Positions 1 through 16,608 of a stretch of DNA of 64,000 bases are shown piece by piece. Position 1 is the stretch's first letter, and the number at the start of each line of letters is the position of its first letter. This stretch comes from Lobosporangium transversale (Eukaryota): NCBI RefSeq assembly GCF_002105155.1, contig NW_019028981.1:62001-126000 (forward strand), read 5' to 3'. A model generated the notes under the pieces. The model saw only the letters and a program-made list of their open reading frames with translations. It was not told where the DNA came from and did not search any database. The translations under genes and the position numbers were made by a program.

Positions 1-145
1 TGCTGCTACTAATGCCGTGGCTGGTTGTCATATCATCGAAATCGGATATCTTTTTTTTTGTAAGGTCATTGCCAAATCCTGCTGTTTCTGCCACTGCTGT
101 TGCTGCCGCTTCCCCCGAAGATGGACCTAGTTTTGAAACGGTCAT
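1..145 (-). CDS. Possible 5' end of a gene running off the window
   Basis: Open frame from ATG at 145 (MTVSKLGPSSGEAAATAVAETAGFGNDL...) to the window edge; no recognisable domain. Confidence 0.25.
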   Translation of the reverse strand, partial: MTVSKLGPSSGEAAATAVAETAGFGNDLTKKKISDFDDMTTSHGISSS

Positions 146-484
146 GTCCGCACTGATGGTGATCTTGATATTACAGTCTCACTAGTAATTATCAAGCTAT
201 GAAGAATCCAAAGAGTGAAAAAAGAAAAAAGAATGATTTAGCAGAAGAAGAAGAAGAAGAAGAAGAAGGAAAGAAAGAAGAGTTATCGTCGCTTCTGTTG
301 TGGCTGGAACAGTTGGTCTTGGCTGTTGTACCTTCACAGTCTACAGGTAAATTATTGAGGGGTATATGGGCGAATGGTCTGGAAAGCAAAACCGTTGTCC
401 TCTTGACTCTCAGATGTAAATGCATTTGCCCATTTCCATCAATGTATTGTCATTAACATTTTAGGCTCATGTTGATTCTAATAG

Positions 485-515
<31 letters not shown>

Positions 516-904
516 CCTTTAGAAAGCAATGTACTATTTTCACGTCTTCACTTCACTTCTCAGGGGTTACAAAGGTCTGACCTTTAATACTCGTTCACTC
601 TCTCACATGCTTATTCCTTAGGATCTGTCTAGCCCTGTTTGACTACTTTGGCACTTGCACTTCCGTTTTGTACTATTTGCAAGTCAATGTAATCTTTGAG
701 AATACAATCGCTAAAACAAAGTCTCTTTTCTGAGTACAATGAATTGAACAGAAAAAAAATATCAACAGTTTATTGTAATGGAAATAAAATATAAAAATAA
801 AAAGATTTGTGAATCAATCTATGTCAAGATAAAGGAAAAAAAAAAAAAAAAAAGAGAGAGAAAACAGGACACATATGCTATAGAGGATATATTATGCATT
901 GACT

Positions 905-3722
905 TTATGACCAGACATCCTCCTCGTAGCGACCACGTGCACGTAACTCCTTGACATAGGTTGTAGCCTTCTCTTCCGTCATCTCACCGCATTCCATAGC
1001 AATGTTGATCAACTTTTGGTTCACTTCACGAGCCATGTTCTTGGCATCTCCACAGACATAGAAGTAGCCTCCCTTGTTGTGGATCAAATCCCAGACAAGT
1101 TCCTTATGTTCTTCCATCTTCTGTTGGACATAGACCTTGGGCAAGCCTGGTTGACGCGACAAAGCCGTGATTATCTGGGCTCCTTCAATATCCTTCATCA
1201 GCTCGGGCCATTCATCCTTGTACATATAATCTTCATCCTCACGACGGCATCCAAAGAACAAAACTGTGGGACCAACTGTTTTACCATTCTTCACATCCTG
1301 TGCACGATCCTGAATAAAACCTCGGAAGGGTGCGACTCCTGTACCGGGACCGACCATGACTACAGGCAGCGAAGCATTACGGGGCAACTTGAAGTTGGAG
1401 TGACGGACATGGACAAGAACCTTGACACCACTCTCACCAATCAGATGCGATCCTTGAGGTCCAGAGATTTCATACTTTGGTTCAATAGCACCACTCTTGT
1501 TGATATGTGCGTGACAATTGTGCAAAAAGTTTGTAGCTAAACCATAGACAGTCTCTTCAGGTGCGACAATAGGCTTATAATCCAAAACAACTGCAGTCAA
1601 GTGAATTGTCGTAGGATGAGCCTTGGGTGATGATGAAATCGAATAGTAACGAGCCTGAAGACGTGGGACTGATTCAATCACCAAATCAAAAGGAATTTCA
1701 ATAGTCTGACCAGGTCCTAGAATTTTCTCCAAAACAGCGCCCAGGCTGCGACGGGCGTCAGCAACGTTGATACGGAAGGCCTCTTTATCAGAACCCCAGA
1801 GAGCAAAAGTCTTGCTTGATTCCTCATTTGGGGCAAAAGGCGTCAATTGACCAATGAAGGCACGCGAAGGGGGAGCAGTGATATCGATATAGTTGCGAAG
1901 AATAGCACGATAGGTTGTAGGGACAGGGAAGGGCAGCTTGGTAGAGGCAGGATCAACATTAGAAACAGTAATGACGGTATCAAGCTTGTTGGTCAAACCC
2001 AGGATCCTTGCCAACTTCTCGACTTCTAGCTCAGCATTAATGGGCCAGACAGCAATGTGATCACCAGTCTGGTAGGTGATGCCAGACCCAGAAATGTCGA
2101 TCTCCATGTGCAAGCAGTGACGGTCAGCAGTAGCAGAAAACAATTCACGAGAGACGGCGATAGGTGCAGCGTAAGGATTCTTGGCGTCATAGGTAGGACG
2201 ACTATGCAGTGACATTCCATGTCATAGAGAGAATAAAAAGCAATAATAAAAACAATAATAGACGATCAATATCAATACTAACCAAAAGAACATATCTCTC
2301 CCTGAATAAAGATTCATTTTCAGTTGAACTTACGAGCCGAGCATAAGCTTGGGTTCTTGATGTTCACCATAGTAAATCTTTGTTAGGCCAGCAGCCTCTT
2401 CATTAGTGTATTCTTGAATCTTGTAAGTAGCCTGACGAGGTCCAGAGTTGCCAGCCAAGAAATCGATGCCCATAAAGTCACAGACGGCCTTCCACATGTC
2501 ATCCTTCCAGCTCAAGAAGTCCTCCTCTAATGAGCCATCATCATCGCCCTCTCCACGCTCACCAATGCGGGTAGCACCGAGTTTCCGAAGTTTCTCATCA
2601 ACACGTCTGCCGACAGTGTTGTAGTGTTCATAGGTCTTGTTACCGAGTCCAAAGATAACAAAGTGCAAGTTGGTAAGAGGCTTCTCATCATCATCATAGT
2701 TACCAATCGAGAACTCGGGAACATCCTCGCCAGCGACCAAATGCTCCCAAAATTCAACAGCGTTATCAGTAGGTTCACCTTCACCATAAGTAGCAAGAAC
2801 AAATACAGCAAGATGATCAGAGGGCAGGGTATCCAACAGGTTCATATCATAGTCTTCCAAGTCAGCAGTCATGGTCTTGAGGTTATAGCGTTGAGTTCCT
2901 TCCTTAGCCAAGCGAGAAGCATAATCTTCGGCAGTTCCAGTTTGTGATCCATAAAAAAAGATAACGGTCTTGTCCTATAATATGTAAAATTAAGTTGATA
3001 AAAGAACAAAAATGCAGGTTAGCCTTTTGCTTGCCACATAAAACATAAAAATGATGTGAGATCAGGCGCATATTGCAGCTGATGAATGGATGGCGATGTG
3101 GCTTGGATGTGAACATGCACAATGTTTTCAGGAATGCATGCAGGACAGGCACAAGAAAACACAAGTGATCGGCTTGCCAAATGTACCACCAACAACCTTT
3201 AAAAACCTTTTATTTTCCCCTGTCTCAAGAAAAGAGTTCTCTCTTTTTTTTTTTGTCTAATTTTTTTTTCTCGGATCGGCCGGTACGGCTGCATCGGGTG
3301 GAGGGAGGATTCTTTTCTCTACTCTCTTTACTGTATTCTATTATTACTTTCTCACCCTATCTCCAAATGTACTTCCTTCCCTCGTTCCTCTTCTATATTT
3401 GAAGCTTCTACTGTGAATAGATTTTCAATATTGCAATGAAACGTTGTCGAGAGTGGGGCCATTAAAAATACATAAGTTGTAAATGTATGGAAATAGAAAA
3501 TAGAAAGAAATCGAATATGAGGCTGATGAGACTGATCTTGTCTTAAAGTCAGACACCATTCGATCCTCCCAATACAGAAAAAAAAAAGAACATCTGTTCT
3601 GTTCTACTCTGTTCTGTTCTATTTGATGAATCTCGTGCGAATAAAAAAAAACAGATGTGTGCAATAAAACCCTCGATCACACCACTTTCATCTTTCTCAC
3701 TTGCAACACCTTTTCATACATT

Positions 3723-3780
<58 letters not shown>

Positions 3781-4021
3781 AAAAAAAGAGTTCACTTGCC
3801 GTTTCTTTCATCTTTTCAACAAAGTCTCGAGTCTTCTTTACGACTTTGTTAATCTTGAGAGCAGGGGCATTGGGCTTTTGTAATGGCACAAGGGGTTGTT
3901 TTGACAGAGGCTTTGAGGAACCTGATCCCATCAGCTTATCCTTGAACCAATAGATGCCAGAGCCCACAAGCACTGCACCCAAGATGGCGATGTCGAGAGT
4001 GTCGATCACTGCGTCCGACAT
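905..4021 (-). CDS. NCP1: NADPH-cytochrome P450 reductase; exons 4021-3800, 2974-2334, 2201-905
   Basis: N-terminal TM anchor, FMN motifs YGSQTGTAE and ATYGEGEPTDNA, FAD motif RYYSISSS, NADPH motifs MVGPGTGVAPFRGF and YVCGDAKNMA, C-terminal DVWS. Exon phases join in frame. Confidence 0.97.
3724..3775. repeat. (CA)n microsatellite in intron 1 of the P450 reductase gene
   Basis: About 26 uninterrupted CA units. Confidence 0.95.
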
Positions 4022-6250
4022 GGTGATGGCTGGGTTAGAGAGGGAGTGTTTGTTGTGAATAGATGAATGAATGAAAGTGAATGTAAAAAAAAGAAGAAAA
4101 GAAGAGATGAATGAATGGGAAATAAAAATGTTTAAAGTGAAAATTTTAGTTTATGCTCTATTAAATAAAACAAGAATTATAAAAAAGGACGGAGTTATAA
4201 ACTTGAGTGAAGGATAATGAAAGAACAGTCAGTCTATACACGAAAAGAGAAGAAAGGTGTTCATGGCCTGATTGCTTTATACATGTACATGTACCCTGCT
4301 CAACGCTGTTTTGGACCCATCCAAGGTGCCCTTCTTTCGGACCATTTGTCTGACAAGCTCATGTAACACAATTGTCAATCTGTTAAGCCACGTCCCTTGG
4401 CAGCCCGTGAACTCTAAGCCCAAGTCTTTCAAATACATTTCTATGTGCAGTCTGCATGTCCAATAGTGCTCCTACACGATAATCACTCCAATTAGACGAC
4501 ATGCAGTATTCTTGAACGCCAAGATTCAGAACTCAGCTTGGGAAAAAACTATCAGCCTTGATTTTAGATCTAAAACTCCATGTGAATTACGCTTTTTTTT
4601 TTGGGGAGGGGGAGGCAAGAGGGAAGACAGTAAATGAAAGGACTTTCACAATCAATAAAGCTTTGTGATGAAGCAAAGTGACAATTAAAAAATATCAAAA
4701 CATTTCAATCCATGCCAATTGTTGTCTATTAAAAAAAGAAAAAAAACCTGTAATTTGCTCAAATTAACGTGGATAAACTATTTTGGAATCCACATCGCCC
4801 CTATTAGTTTCTTTTCCCCTAACATTTGTATGAACAAATGTATTACATCTTGGTCATCCTTTCTTGGCAAGTATTAAAGTATTAGATGGGATCAATGCAA
4901 TGATGTATCATCACCAATTTTTTTTGTTGTTACATGTCAGGTTGAATAGGCACGGACCTTCAGTTTTAACAGAAATTCAATCCAGAAGCATAGCCTTTTT
5001 TTTTTTTTTCTTTTCGTGAGAAGGCTGTGTAATAATTTGCGATTCATTGCGAAGTAATGCGTAGTGAAAAACGCAGTGTATTTTAAAAAACTGTTGACAG
5101 CACAATATTAAATGTCTACTAAAAATGGCTATCCTATCCTGATTCTGCGGGAACCAGAAAAAAAAATATAGCTCTTGAAACGGATCAAATCGGTTGTGTG
5201 CATGCATGTGTGTGATACGTAGAAGGAAATATATATATTTTACAATTTACTATTTTCTCAATTCCTTTTTTAGTTCCAATAACTTCTCGTCGAAGCTTAT
5301 GCATAACATTTCAGAACATCATAACCAATTCACCAGTTTATTAAGCTCAATTGGTGGATTGAACGCAGGCAGTTCCCAAACAGAATTAGCTGACCAATCC
5401 TCCTGTATATTAAGATGCTGCTACATAGAACACCATCTACACGTTCTCACCTCCCTCCATTTCTCCTCCCTCTCTTCACCCGTTAAAAAAAAAAAATCTC
5501 CAAGACTCTTGCTTTACCAGGCTTGTGCTTTCTTGACATAAACCCCTGACTAACCCGAGACACTGCCTAATACCCTTTTCCTGCAACTCCCTTGTAAACT
5601 GCTTTGGTCCATTTTCAATCAATTTTATCAGGTCCATTAGGTCTTACAAGCGCACTGACACTTAAATCTGATCTGGAAACCAAACAATAAACGTTCTACT
5701 CAAGTATTCATGTTCAAGCTCTTCAGGTTTTTTTCAGGTAGATTTATACCACAATACCACAAATGTAGAAATAAAACTGTGTCACCAGGAAATGGTTTGA
5801 AATAAGTTATTTGTTGAGGTACAGGGTGTCATTACACTTGTGCTGTGAGAGTCAACTATTCAAAATCATACGAGTAGTTGACTTTAGAGAAGCCTTAGTC
5901 ATCCTTGTAGCAAGTAAACTTTTGTTGAAAATACGTATTCTATCCTTGTCATAACATACACGCCTACACAGTAACAATCTCCTTCAGATTTCACCCGGAT
6001 AGAATGGACTTGTTATCCCCTTTTGCATTATCATGCCAAATATAGCAGAGGCTGTATTCATCAGAGAACTTCGCAGCCTAAAACCCAAAGCGGTGAGCTC
6101 AATCTGAATAACCAATTCTGAAGTGCACCATATGCATCGGAGAAAGAAAAGGGTATATTTGAAGAAAAAGAGTTCACAAAGAATAATTCTTTTGAATCAA
6201 CAGAAACTATCGCCCAATAAACCTGTATTATTATTGTTTTTCTTTCTTCT

Positions 6251-8498
6251 CTAGTGTTGATTATTACTTGCTGCTTCAGAGGAAACAACTACTAACTCAG
6301 AAGCAAGCTCAGACCCTGAGTCGGGCTTATTCCCATCGGGCTGCGCCATAAGGATCGCCTTTAGTTTCTTGGATGCTACAGACGGACTAGTCGGAAGTTG
6401 CGGCGATGTCACTGATGGCGATAGTAATGGAGAAGTCATGGATGCACTCGATGCTGCTCTTGGCGAGAGCGTAGCCGAGATGGGATGGGAGCGAGGCGTT
6501 GTACGTCCTGTAGTACTCGTTTCTGCCCCGGGCACAGGGCTAGTGGACAGAGAAGGCAGGGAGGGCTTCTTGGAAATTGTGCCGCTGCTATGACTGGGTG
6601 AGGGTGGTGGTCGTGGAACAGTCTTAGGAGTGGTGCTGCCTATGCCTTCGATGGTCGAATTACGGCGGTTACTTCCAGTCTTTTGAACATTTGACAAACC
6701 GTTGTTGGATTTACTCTTGACCATAGGGTTTTTGCCACCATTGTCTGTTGTCGTAATGATTTTTGAAGGTGTTGCGACTGCGGCTGATGTTGATGCCTTG
6801 TTGGGCTTGGCTGTGCTGGCAGATGCAGTCGACGAAGTCGATCCTGCTTTGGAATTGGAATTGGTTTTGGTCTTAGTGATGACACTTGGCGACAAATCTG
6901 TTGAGCTATTATTGGCTGATAACAAACATTTCAGCCCTGACGTTAGATTCTTTTCCACTGTTGCCGCAGCTGTACGGCTTCTGGGTCGATTATTGTTGCT
7001 GTTACTGTTGCCACTGCCCGTTGTAATGCCTTTAATACTTCCTTGACGCTTTCCAGAATACCCGGAAATAGCATCCACAGACGAGGACGAGGCGCCATTC
7101 TTCCCTCCATTCCTCATTGTTGAGGATGCAGGCGAAGCAGGCGAAGCAGGCGAGCCTTGAGGATACAGGCTGGCCTGACTGACTGACCGTGAGCTGCTCC
7201 TGGACGAGCTGTTTGTAGTAGGTGCTATGGGTGTGCTTCGGGATCTGATCCGATGGGACTGGTTCTGAAAGAGATCATCCAGCGCTACACTAGGGTTCCA
7301 AGGAGGTCGAGTCGATGTGGAAGATGATGAGGTATAAGGGGTCTGCAAGATGTTTTGCTCTTCTAGTCGCTGCTGAAGTTCTGAAGTGAACTTTCGGGTA
7401 TCTTTGGGTATCGATTGTTGTTGATGTTGCTGTTGTTGATGTTGCTGTTGTGATGGAGGTTGAGCCATTGGCGTTGGAGTCTGCGTCTCCTTGCTCTCGA
7501 CTTGTATAGGTGGCCGAGGCGATGGTGCAAGTGTGAGTGGCTTTGGGGCTACATAAGGCTGGTGGAGCTCCGGGGTAGCAGGCGGTGAAGATAAAACATT
7601 CTGTTTTGGTTTCTCTGCCTCGGGCTCAACTTGCTCTTCAGCAATCCCAAAACCAAGCTCCATTCCCAGTGACATGCCTTGAGTTGGTGCTTGGTCATGA
7701 CCCCATGTATGAGGCACCTGCTCTTCCGATGGAAAGTCAGAATCGTTCAACTCTGGATCCTCCATTGCCAATGTAGACAGTTGACCAGTACCCCTCTTCA
7801 ACTGGTTGTCCCAGTTGGACGATATTGGTGAAGTAGCGCCCCAGCCTCGGCCTTCCATGTCCGATTCTGTGCGCAACGTTTGAATGGTTGTCTGTGCCTC
7901 TTCTAGCAACTGTGCATACTCCTTTGTATTGGAGATCATCTCGACAACTTTTCCCTCACATTTTTCTTGACGATTTTCCAATTCTTCTAATGTTGAACGG
8001 ATCGTACCACTGTCTGAGAGGACCTTGCCAAGCTCTGACTGCATATTTTTGACTACCTGTGCAGTGCTCGATTGAGCCTGTTTCTGGCGCTCCATCGCAA
8101 TTCGAAGTTGCTCTTGCAGATCGACGTTCAGCTCCTGAGTTGAATTCAGCTCCTGCTCAACCTCATTCAATCTCTTTGAGTAAACAGAGACTTTGTTCTT
8201 GGCATCCATAACCTCAGTGCCCATCTCTGCCATTTGGTCCACTAATCCATCCAGCTCCTTCCGGAACATTCGGAGCTCACGACGACATCCATCGAGTTCT
8301 TTCTGAAGAGACTCGTTCTCGCTTGTCAAAGCATGGACTTCTTCTTCTGATCCGGACAAATGCGCAGAGAGCGCTTGAGTTTGCTTTACGCGAGACTGAA
8401 GGATCATGTTTTCGTCCTGTAAGGCTTGAATCTATTTTTGTCAATATGGGAATGCAAATAGAGATATATAAATGATATCGTTGAGCAAAAGGAGAGGG

Positions 8499-8533
<35 letters not shown>

Positions 8534-8822
8534 GATGAAGAATCTAGAGTTGATTGGGCAATCTTTGTCCCCAAATAACAATAGCCACGGTAGTAAAGCT
8601 TTTACTAGCTCGAGGGAAGAGGAGGGAAAAAAAAAAAAAAAAAAAAAAAAAAAGGCTTCTATTTACCTGAGCATATGATTGCCGCTCTGCACGTTGGGCC
8701 TGCTCTAGACTTTGTTGTAGCTCCAATCCAAAACGTCCTGCAAGATTGAGCTGCTCTTTCATCATTTGGTGTTCAGCGTAGAATTTCTGTTTCAAGATCC
8801 CCGGATCCTGGATTCTTTCCAT
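6251..8822 (-). CDS. Coiled-coil protein with long Ser/Pro-rich disordered C-terminus; exons 8822-8667, 8431-6251
   Basis: GT-AG intron joins MERIQDPG...QSYAQ in frame to IQALQDENMILQ...; heptad-rich N-terminal 250 aa. Confidence 0.8.
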
Positions 8823-11059
8823 TTCAGCCCAAAGATCGTCTTCTTCAGTCGATGCCTGTGCTGCTTTTGTGTATATTTATATTTTGTTTATGCCATGAAT
8901 GTGTTAATGAGGGGATATTTTCTAAGTGCATCTTGAATGTTGGACAGATTTCGAGATAGGGAAGACCATTATGCAAAGTGCACGGTTCCCCCTTCTGTTT
9001 TTTTCACATCTGCGTTCCTGCTCTTGCATCTTCATCTATTACTTACCCAAGACGTCTTCTTGGGACAGATTATACGGCGGACACGGTGTGTTCTATCAGA
9101 GGAACAAGCAGCAAAAAAAGAAATAAGGGGGAGGATAGAACCAAAATATGTTAACTGTCAGCTGTTCTGTTCATAGTATTTTCATCCTAAATCGTTGAAT
9201 GTGGGAAGTGGATGAAACAGTGCTTCGATAAAGACGTTGAAACGCTTTCAAGTTTTAAGCCAAGTAAAGAAAAATCACATTCTCTCTGCTTGCTTGTTTT
9301 AATGCAATCTTATGAATAGATTTTTTTTTTCCTCTTAACCTTCTAGTAGACAGACAGGTCAAGGGCCTGATTGGATAACCAATGAAGATAGTAGATTAAA
9401 AGGCGTCTGGATCCCCAAGTTCCAGAAAAATTAAAATGACATCTTTTATGATTCAAGAACCAGTGAGACAGTTCCTATTTAAATCTCCTTTTGTGTTTTG
9501 AGATGGTTAAAGGCTTGTAAGATTTGTAATCTGTAGGGGAAGCGGGCGCGAACTAAAATCAGATGCAATGCGCAGGACGGCTGGATAAAAACAGACAGAC
9601 GCAGGGGAAAGAAAGAGAAAATACAAAAAAAAAATATGGGTCCAGCCAAGAGGAGGAAAAAAAAAAAAAAAAAAAAAAGGATACGATTTGCTCGCCCTAT
9701 GCTCTTTTGTTCCCCTGTGGTGCCCTATCAATTGTCTTTCATGTCCTTGACCTTGACCTTGTCCTATTTTGTACTCTGCAATCATCTCACAGCACAAAAT
9801 AAAGATGATGTATAATAGTTCATTCTGACCCAACAAAAAAAAAAAGTATTCAGGCTATAGCATCTAGCTCTGTTTGTTGTGCCTCGGAAGAATCCAAAAG
9901 AGGAAAAATGAAAAAAAAATGCGCCAGGAAAGATTCCTGAAAGTAACAATATTGAGGGACCAAATACAGATTCAGGACTCAGAGTTCAATGGCGTAGTTA
10001 ATTTTTTACCTCAAAAGATTGTGTTCGACTAAGGGCAGAGGTTGTCAGCATCTTTTCGCTCAGCATATGACAGGTTGGCTCGATGGGTCGCTCTCTGTCC
10101 CAAGTATATCTTTTTTTTTTCCTCTTTTCTTTTTTTCTTCTTTCTTTCTTTTCTTTTTTCTTTCAGAGGAACAGCAAAAGTGTTGTATTTAAAGTGAGAA
10201 ATACATGAGGCAGAAGGTGTGGTTCATTGACAATCAATTTTGCTTTAGAATGTGGAGATTCAAACAAACAAAAGGGGTTAAAAAAAATTAGCAACAGTGT
10301 GCTACAGCTAAAGAGGAAAGTGAATGAATGTGTTTGTATAGAAATATGTCGTACTATGTGAAAACGAATGAAAGTGTCGGGTGCGTGATATGAATGTGAG
10401 TTTTCGTATTTTGCTGGGATATGGTATGAATGTGTATTTGTGGAGAATATGAAAGGAGATGTGTGTGGAGATGAAGAAGAGAAAAGTGAAGAGAGAAAGA
10501 GAGGAAGAAAGTAAATGGGAATGATAATGATGCTTCGTGTTAATTTGCGTGTGGATATTTTGTTCACCGAATGAATCTTAATTACGGGATAGTTCATCTT
10601 GTCAATTTTTGTATTACCAACCTCAATAGTACTTTTTTTGAATGAGTGAATGAATGCTAATCCATTATCCATGCTCACTGCTCAGTCAATAAACCTGGTT
10701 GATATTTCTTAAACAGCTTCATTTATCACAACCCATCAGCGCATGTGGTCTCTTGTGCTCTCCAGTAGTCCACTTTTATAATTATTTTCAAACGCTTTTT
10801 CTCGTTCAAGGCTCACTTTTCTGCTTCTCTTAGTGGCACATGTAAGCTGACTGTTAAAGCGTTTTGCTATTTTTTCCCGTGCATCATCACAATGTACTTA
10901 TCACGTGGATCAAACGTACATATCCGTTGTTTTGTACGTAAAGCGTCCCGCAGTGTGTGTGTTTTTTTTTTTTTTTTTTAAAAGGGCACCAGCAACATTT
11001 CGAATCAGATCATCCTCTTTTCTTCTCTCATCGACTTCTTTTGTTAATTAATTCATCCA

Positions 11060-13726
<2,667 letters not shown>

Positions 13727-14199
13727 GCTGCTATGCTCTTGACGCTGCAATCTTATTTTTTTTTTTTACTCATGTTCCTTGTCAACTCTGTCTCTCTACT
13801 CTCTTTTTTTTCAATCTTTGTTTTTATTATTTTTCTACGTTATGGATGCAGGATGCTTTGGTGGCACTTACATTGTATATACCCCATATTTCACTTTTCT
13901 TTTAATCATTTGAAGCCTTCATGGGGTCCATGGATCAATGTTCATAACACACAGCATTTTGAAAGGAAGGATCACCCATTGCCAATCTATCTTTTCCTAC
14001 TCTGTATTTATAGCGTTATTTCATTCATTTATTCTGTGCTTCTCAGCATCTTCGCAGTACGGCTGTGTGTATATTATTGCATCGCACATCTCATAGACAC
14101 AATCATACAGCATTCAAAACAAGGAACATTTTTAACATAATAAAAAAGCGAATATTTGTCAAGCAAATCAAGGTGAAAAAAAGCAACAATGTAAAAAAA

Positions 14200-14426
14200 T
14201 GTTTTGACATGGATTTCCAAGTAATTAGACAAATCAATAATTATTCGGCATGGAGAAACAGGTTGAGGAAACCTTGCGCTGTCAAAATGGTCTTCTAAGA
14301 ATGAATCATCTTCTGGGGTCTTTTTTAAGTTTGAGGAAGCCATGTGGATAAATTTCCATTGATCGGGAGCATTTATTTAAACTTTTTGCGCAAGCTGTGG
14401 ATACAAATCGTCATGGTCCATTTGCG

Positions 14427-14458
<32 letters not shown>

Positions 14459-15304
14459 CCCCCCATCTCTCTTCTCCTCCCTCCCAGCTCTATCTTTCTG
14501 TCCTTCATAGAACCATTGATCCCGTTAAAGGATTTCTTAAAAAACAACATGATGATTGATTTTAAGAATAGGTAGAAGACAAAATGTTTTTTATGACACT
14601 TCAATGTGCATGTGAATGGAGAGAGCCTTGGACGGGGTGTCAAATTGCTTCGATTACCTCAGCGTCAACCGATCGCGCGAGTCATTGGAGGACAGACCTC
14701 TCATTCCCCTAAAGAATCTTTTATTTTTCTTTTCCACCCTATTTCCGAAGGTAAGAAAGGTGAGGTTGTCTGTCGTACTCCTCCCTGTCCATCATAGCTT
14801 GGCTTCATCACCTAAAAAATAAAATAAAATCTATTCTCGGAAGACTCGGATGTCAGATGTATCCAACATTTATGCATGGGATCTTACTTTTTGACAATCG
14901 TGTTGTTGAGCATGACGTTAAAAAACAAAGGGCTATTGTAAGGTAGAGAGCAGGGTGGAGAAAGAACATTGATGGGGAGGGAACGGAAAAAAATCACGAA
15001 ATTTGACCACATCCACTCCCTGGATCAGTTCAACAATTGGCCAATCTGCATGAATTTTTGTATCTGTGAAGAAACACTTTTGTTTTTTTTTGGAACTCTT
15101 AACAATAAACACACGCCCGCCAAGCTTCAGTAACTGGAAATGATTATTCCCACCAATGCCAACGTATTGCCCGTTGTTCCCTGGCCAGATCTCTTTTTTT
15201 CTCATGCAAGGTCCTGAATCCAGCTTTCCAGCTAAGTGGAATAGAGGTGATACTAGCTCGGTTCCTTCGCCTACATATTTGCTTCCAATAGCAAGAGTAG
15301 CCAT
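14200..15304 (-). pseudogene. Decayed AAA+ ATPase-like fragment
   Basis: SKYVGEGTELVSPLFHLAGKL resembles the AAA post-Walker-A segment, GRVFIV resembles the pre-sensor-1 strand; Walker B missing and downstream frames broken. Left boundary approximate. Confidence 0.45.
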
Positions 15305-15378
15305 AAGCGGGGTTTAATATTCAAAAAAAAAAATGCGCAACGTGTATGTGTGTAGTGTAGTGTATGCATAAGTTGCGC

Positions 15379-15413
<35 letters not shown>

Positions 15414-15606
15414 CTCATCCTACGCCTACCGGTTTGCTGGCATGGTCTCACCTACATTACAGATGTATAAATAAAAAATATTTTTCTTTATGAATACTGT
15501 AAGCTAGTTTTTGTACATTCGACTTTTGTTTTACTATAATAATACTTGGATTAATTACAGTGGAGGTATATATATGTATATTAAAATAAAAAAAGAATTT
15601 GTCCGT

Positions 15607-16608
15607 TTAATGGAAATGTTGAGAGTCGGTATCACCATAGTGGAGTTGATGGTATTCTTCTACATACGATTCGACAGTGATGGAGATGTGAGAATCAAGA
15701 GCCGCAACCTGCTTATCAGACCCCATACCAAACTGCTGTGTATGACGGTCGCCTGATTTCCCCCCACCAAATCTTCCAAAAAAGCCTCTATTCTGACGGT
15801 CATTGAAAACAGTTGTGCCTCGATCCATATTCGTGGTGACAGGGCGGCCTCCCTTTCCACGACTAGTCATCCAGTGAACTGTGATGGCATTCAAAGTGAC
15901 ATCGACTGTACAGGATGCTAAACAGATCAGTCCACGTTCGCGTCCATCATAATAGACCAACGTGAAGATATTGGCTGAACTCAGTGCTAAGGCAATCAAT
16001 GATCCTATCAAGGTTCGACGAGCCACATTACGAAGTTTACCCTTGGAAGGTCCTTGCAAGAACGAGCTTGAGCTCATCAGCGCTCTTAGGAACAAATACG
16101 TCAACCAGGTCGACATCACAATGTCGTACAAAATCAGGGGCAGTGCACCCGCTCGTCGCAAGCCAATGTAACAACGCCCTCCCTCTTCCAAGGTCGCATT
16201 TCGAAACCAGACCATGCAGAAAATGACACCGACGTAGGGTGTCATCAAGACCAAGTTCACTTTGTAGAGGAAGAAATTTGATCGAGTGACGCCGATGGCA
16301 GTGACGACATACACTTTCTCCATCAGGAACAAGTAAATGACGATCTTGGAAAGCGCATAGAGTGCAATACAGGACAGGATCGACAGTTGACATGACAGCA
16401 GGTTGTAATTATTGGTTTGGATCAATAAAGCGGCAATTACGGAAAAGGCCCAAGAGATCAAATACAAGGCTACGACTAAACCGCGCGCATAGTTGATCGT
16501 ACTCAGTTTTGTCCCTGCGGTCTTACGACCGAAGAGCATAGCCATGAGTGAAATGCATGCCAATGAGATAAAAAGCGACCCAGTTTCTTCTGCGTCGGGT
16601 TGGTACAT
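15607..16608 (-). CDS. Multi-pass membrane protein, fungal GPCR-like (about 7 TM)
   Basis: Intronless 333-aa ORF with several hydrophobic segments, extracellular Cys pattern and polar C-tail. Confidence 0.8.
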   Translation of the reverse strand: MYQPDAEETGSLFISLACISLMAMLFGRKTAGTKLSTINYARGLVVALYLISWAFSVIAALLIQTNNYNLLSCQLSILSCIALYALSKIVIYLFLMEKVYVVTAIGVTRSNFFLYKVNLVLMTPYVGVIFCMVWFRNATLEEGGRCYIGLRRAGALPLILYDIVMSTWLTYLFLRALMSSSSFLQGPSKGKLRNVARRTLIGSLIALALSSANIFTLVYYDGRERGLICLASCTVDVTLNAITVHWMTSRGKGGRPVTTNMDRGTTVFNDRQNRGFFGRFGGGKSGDRHTQQFGMGSDKQVAALDSHISITVESYVEEYHQLHYGDTDSQHFH

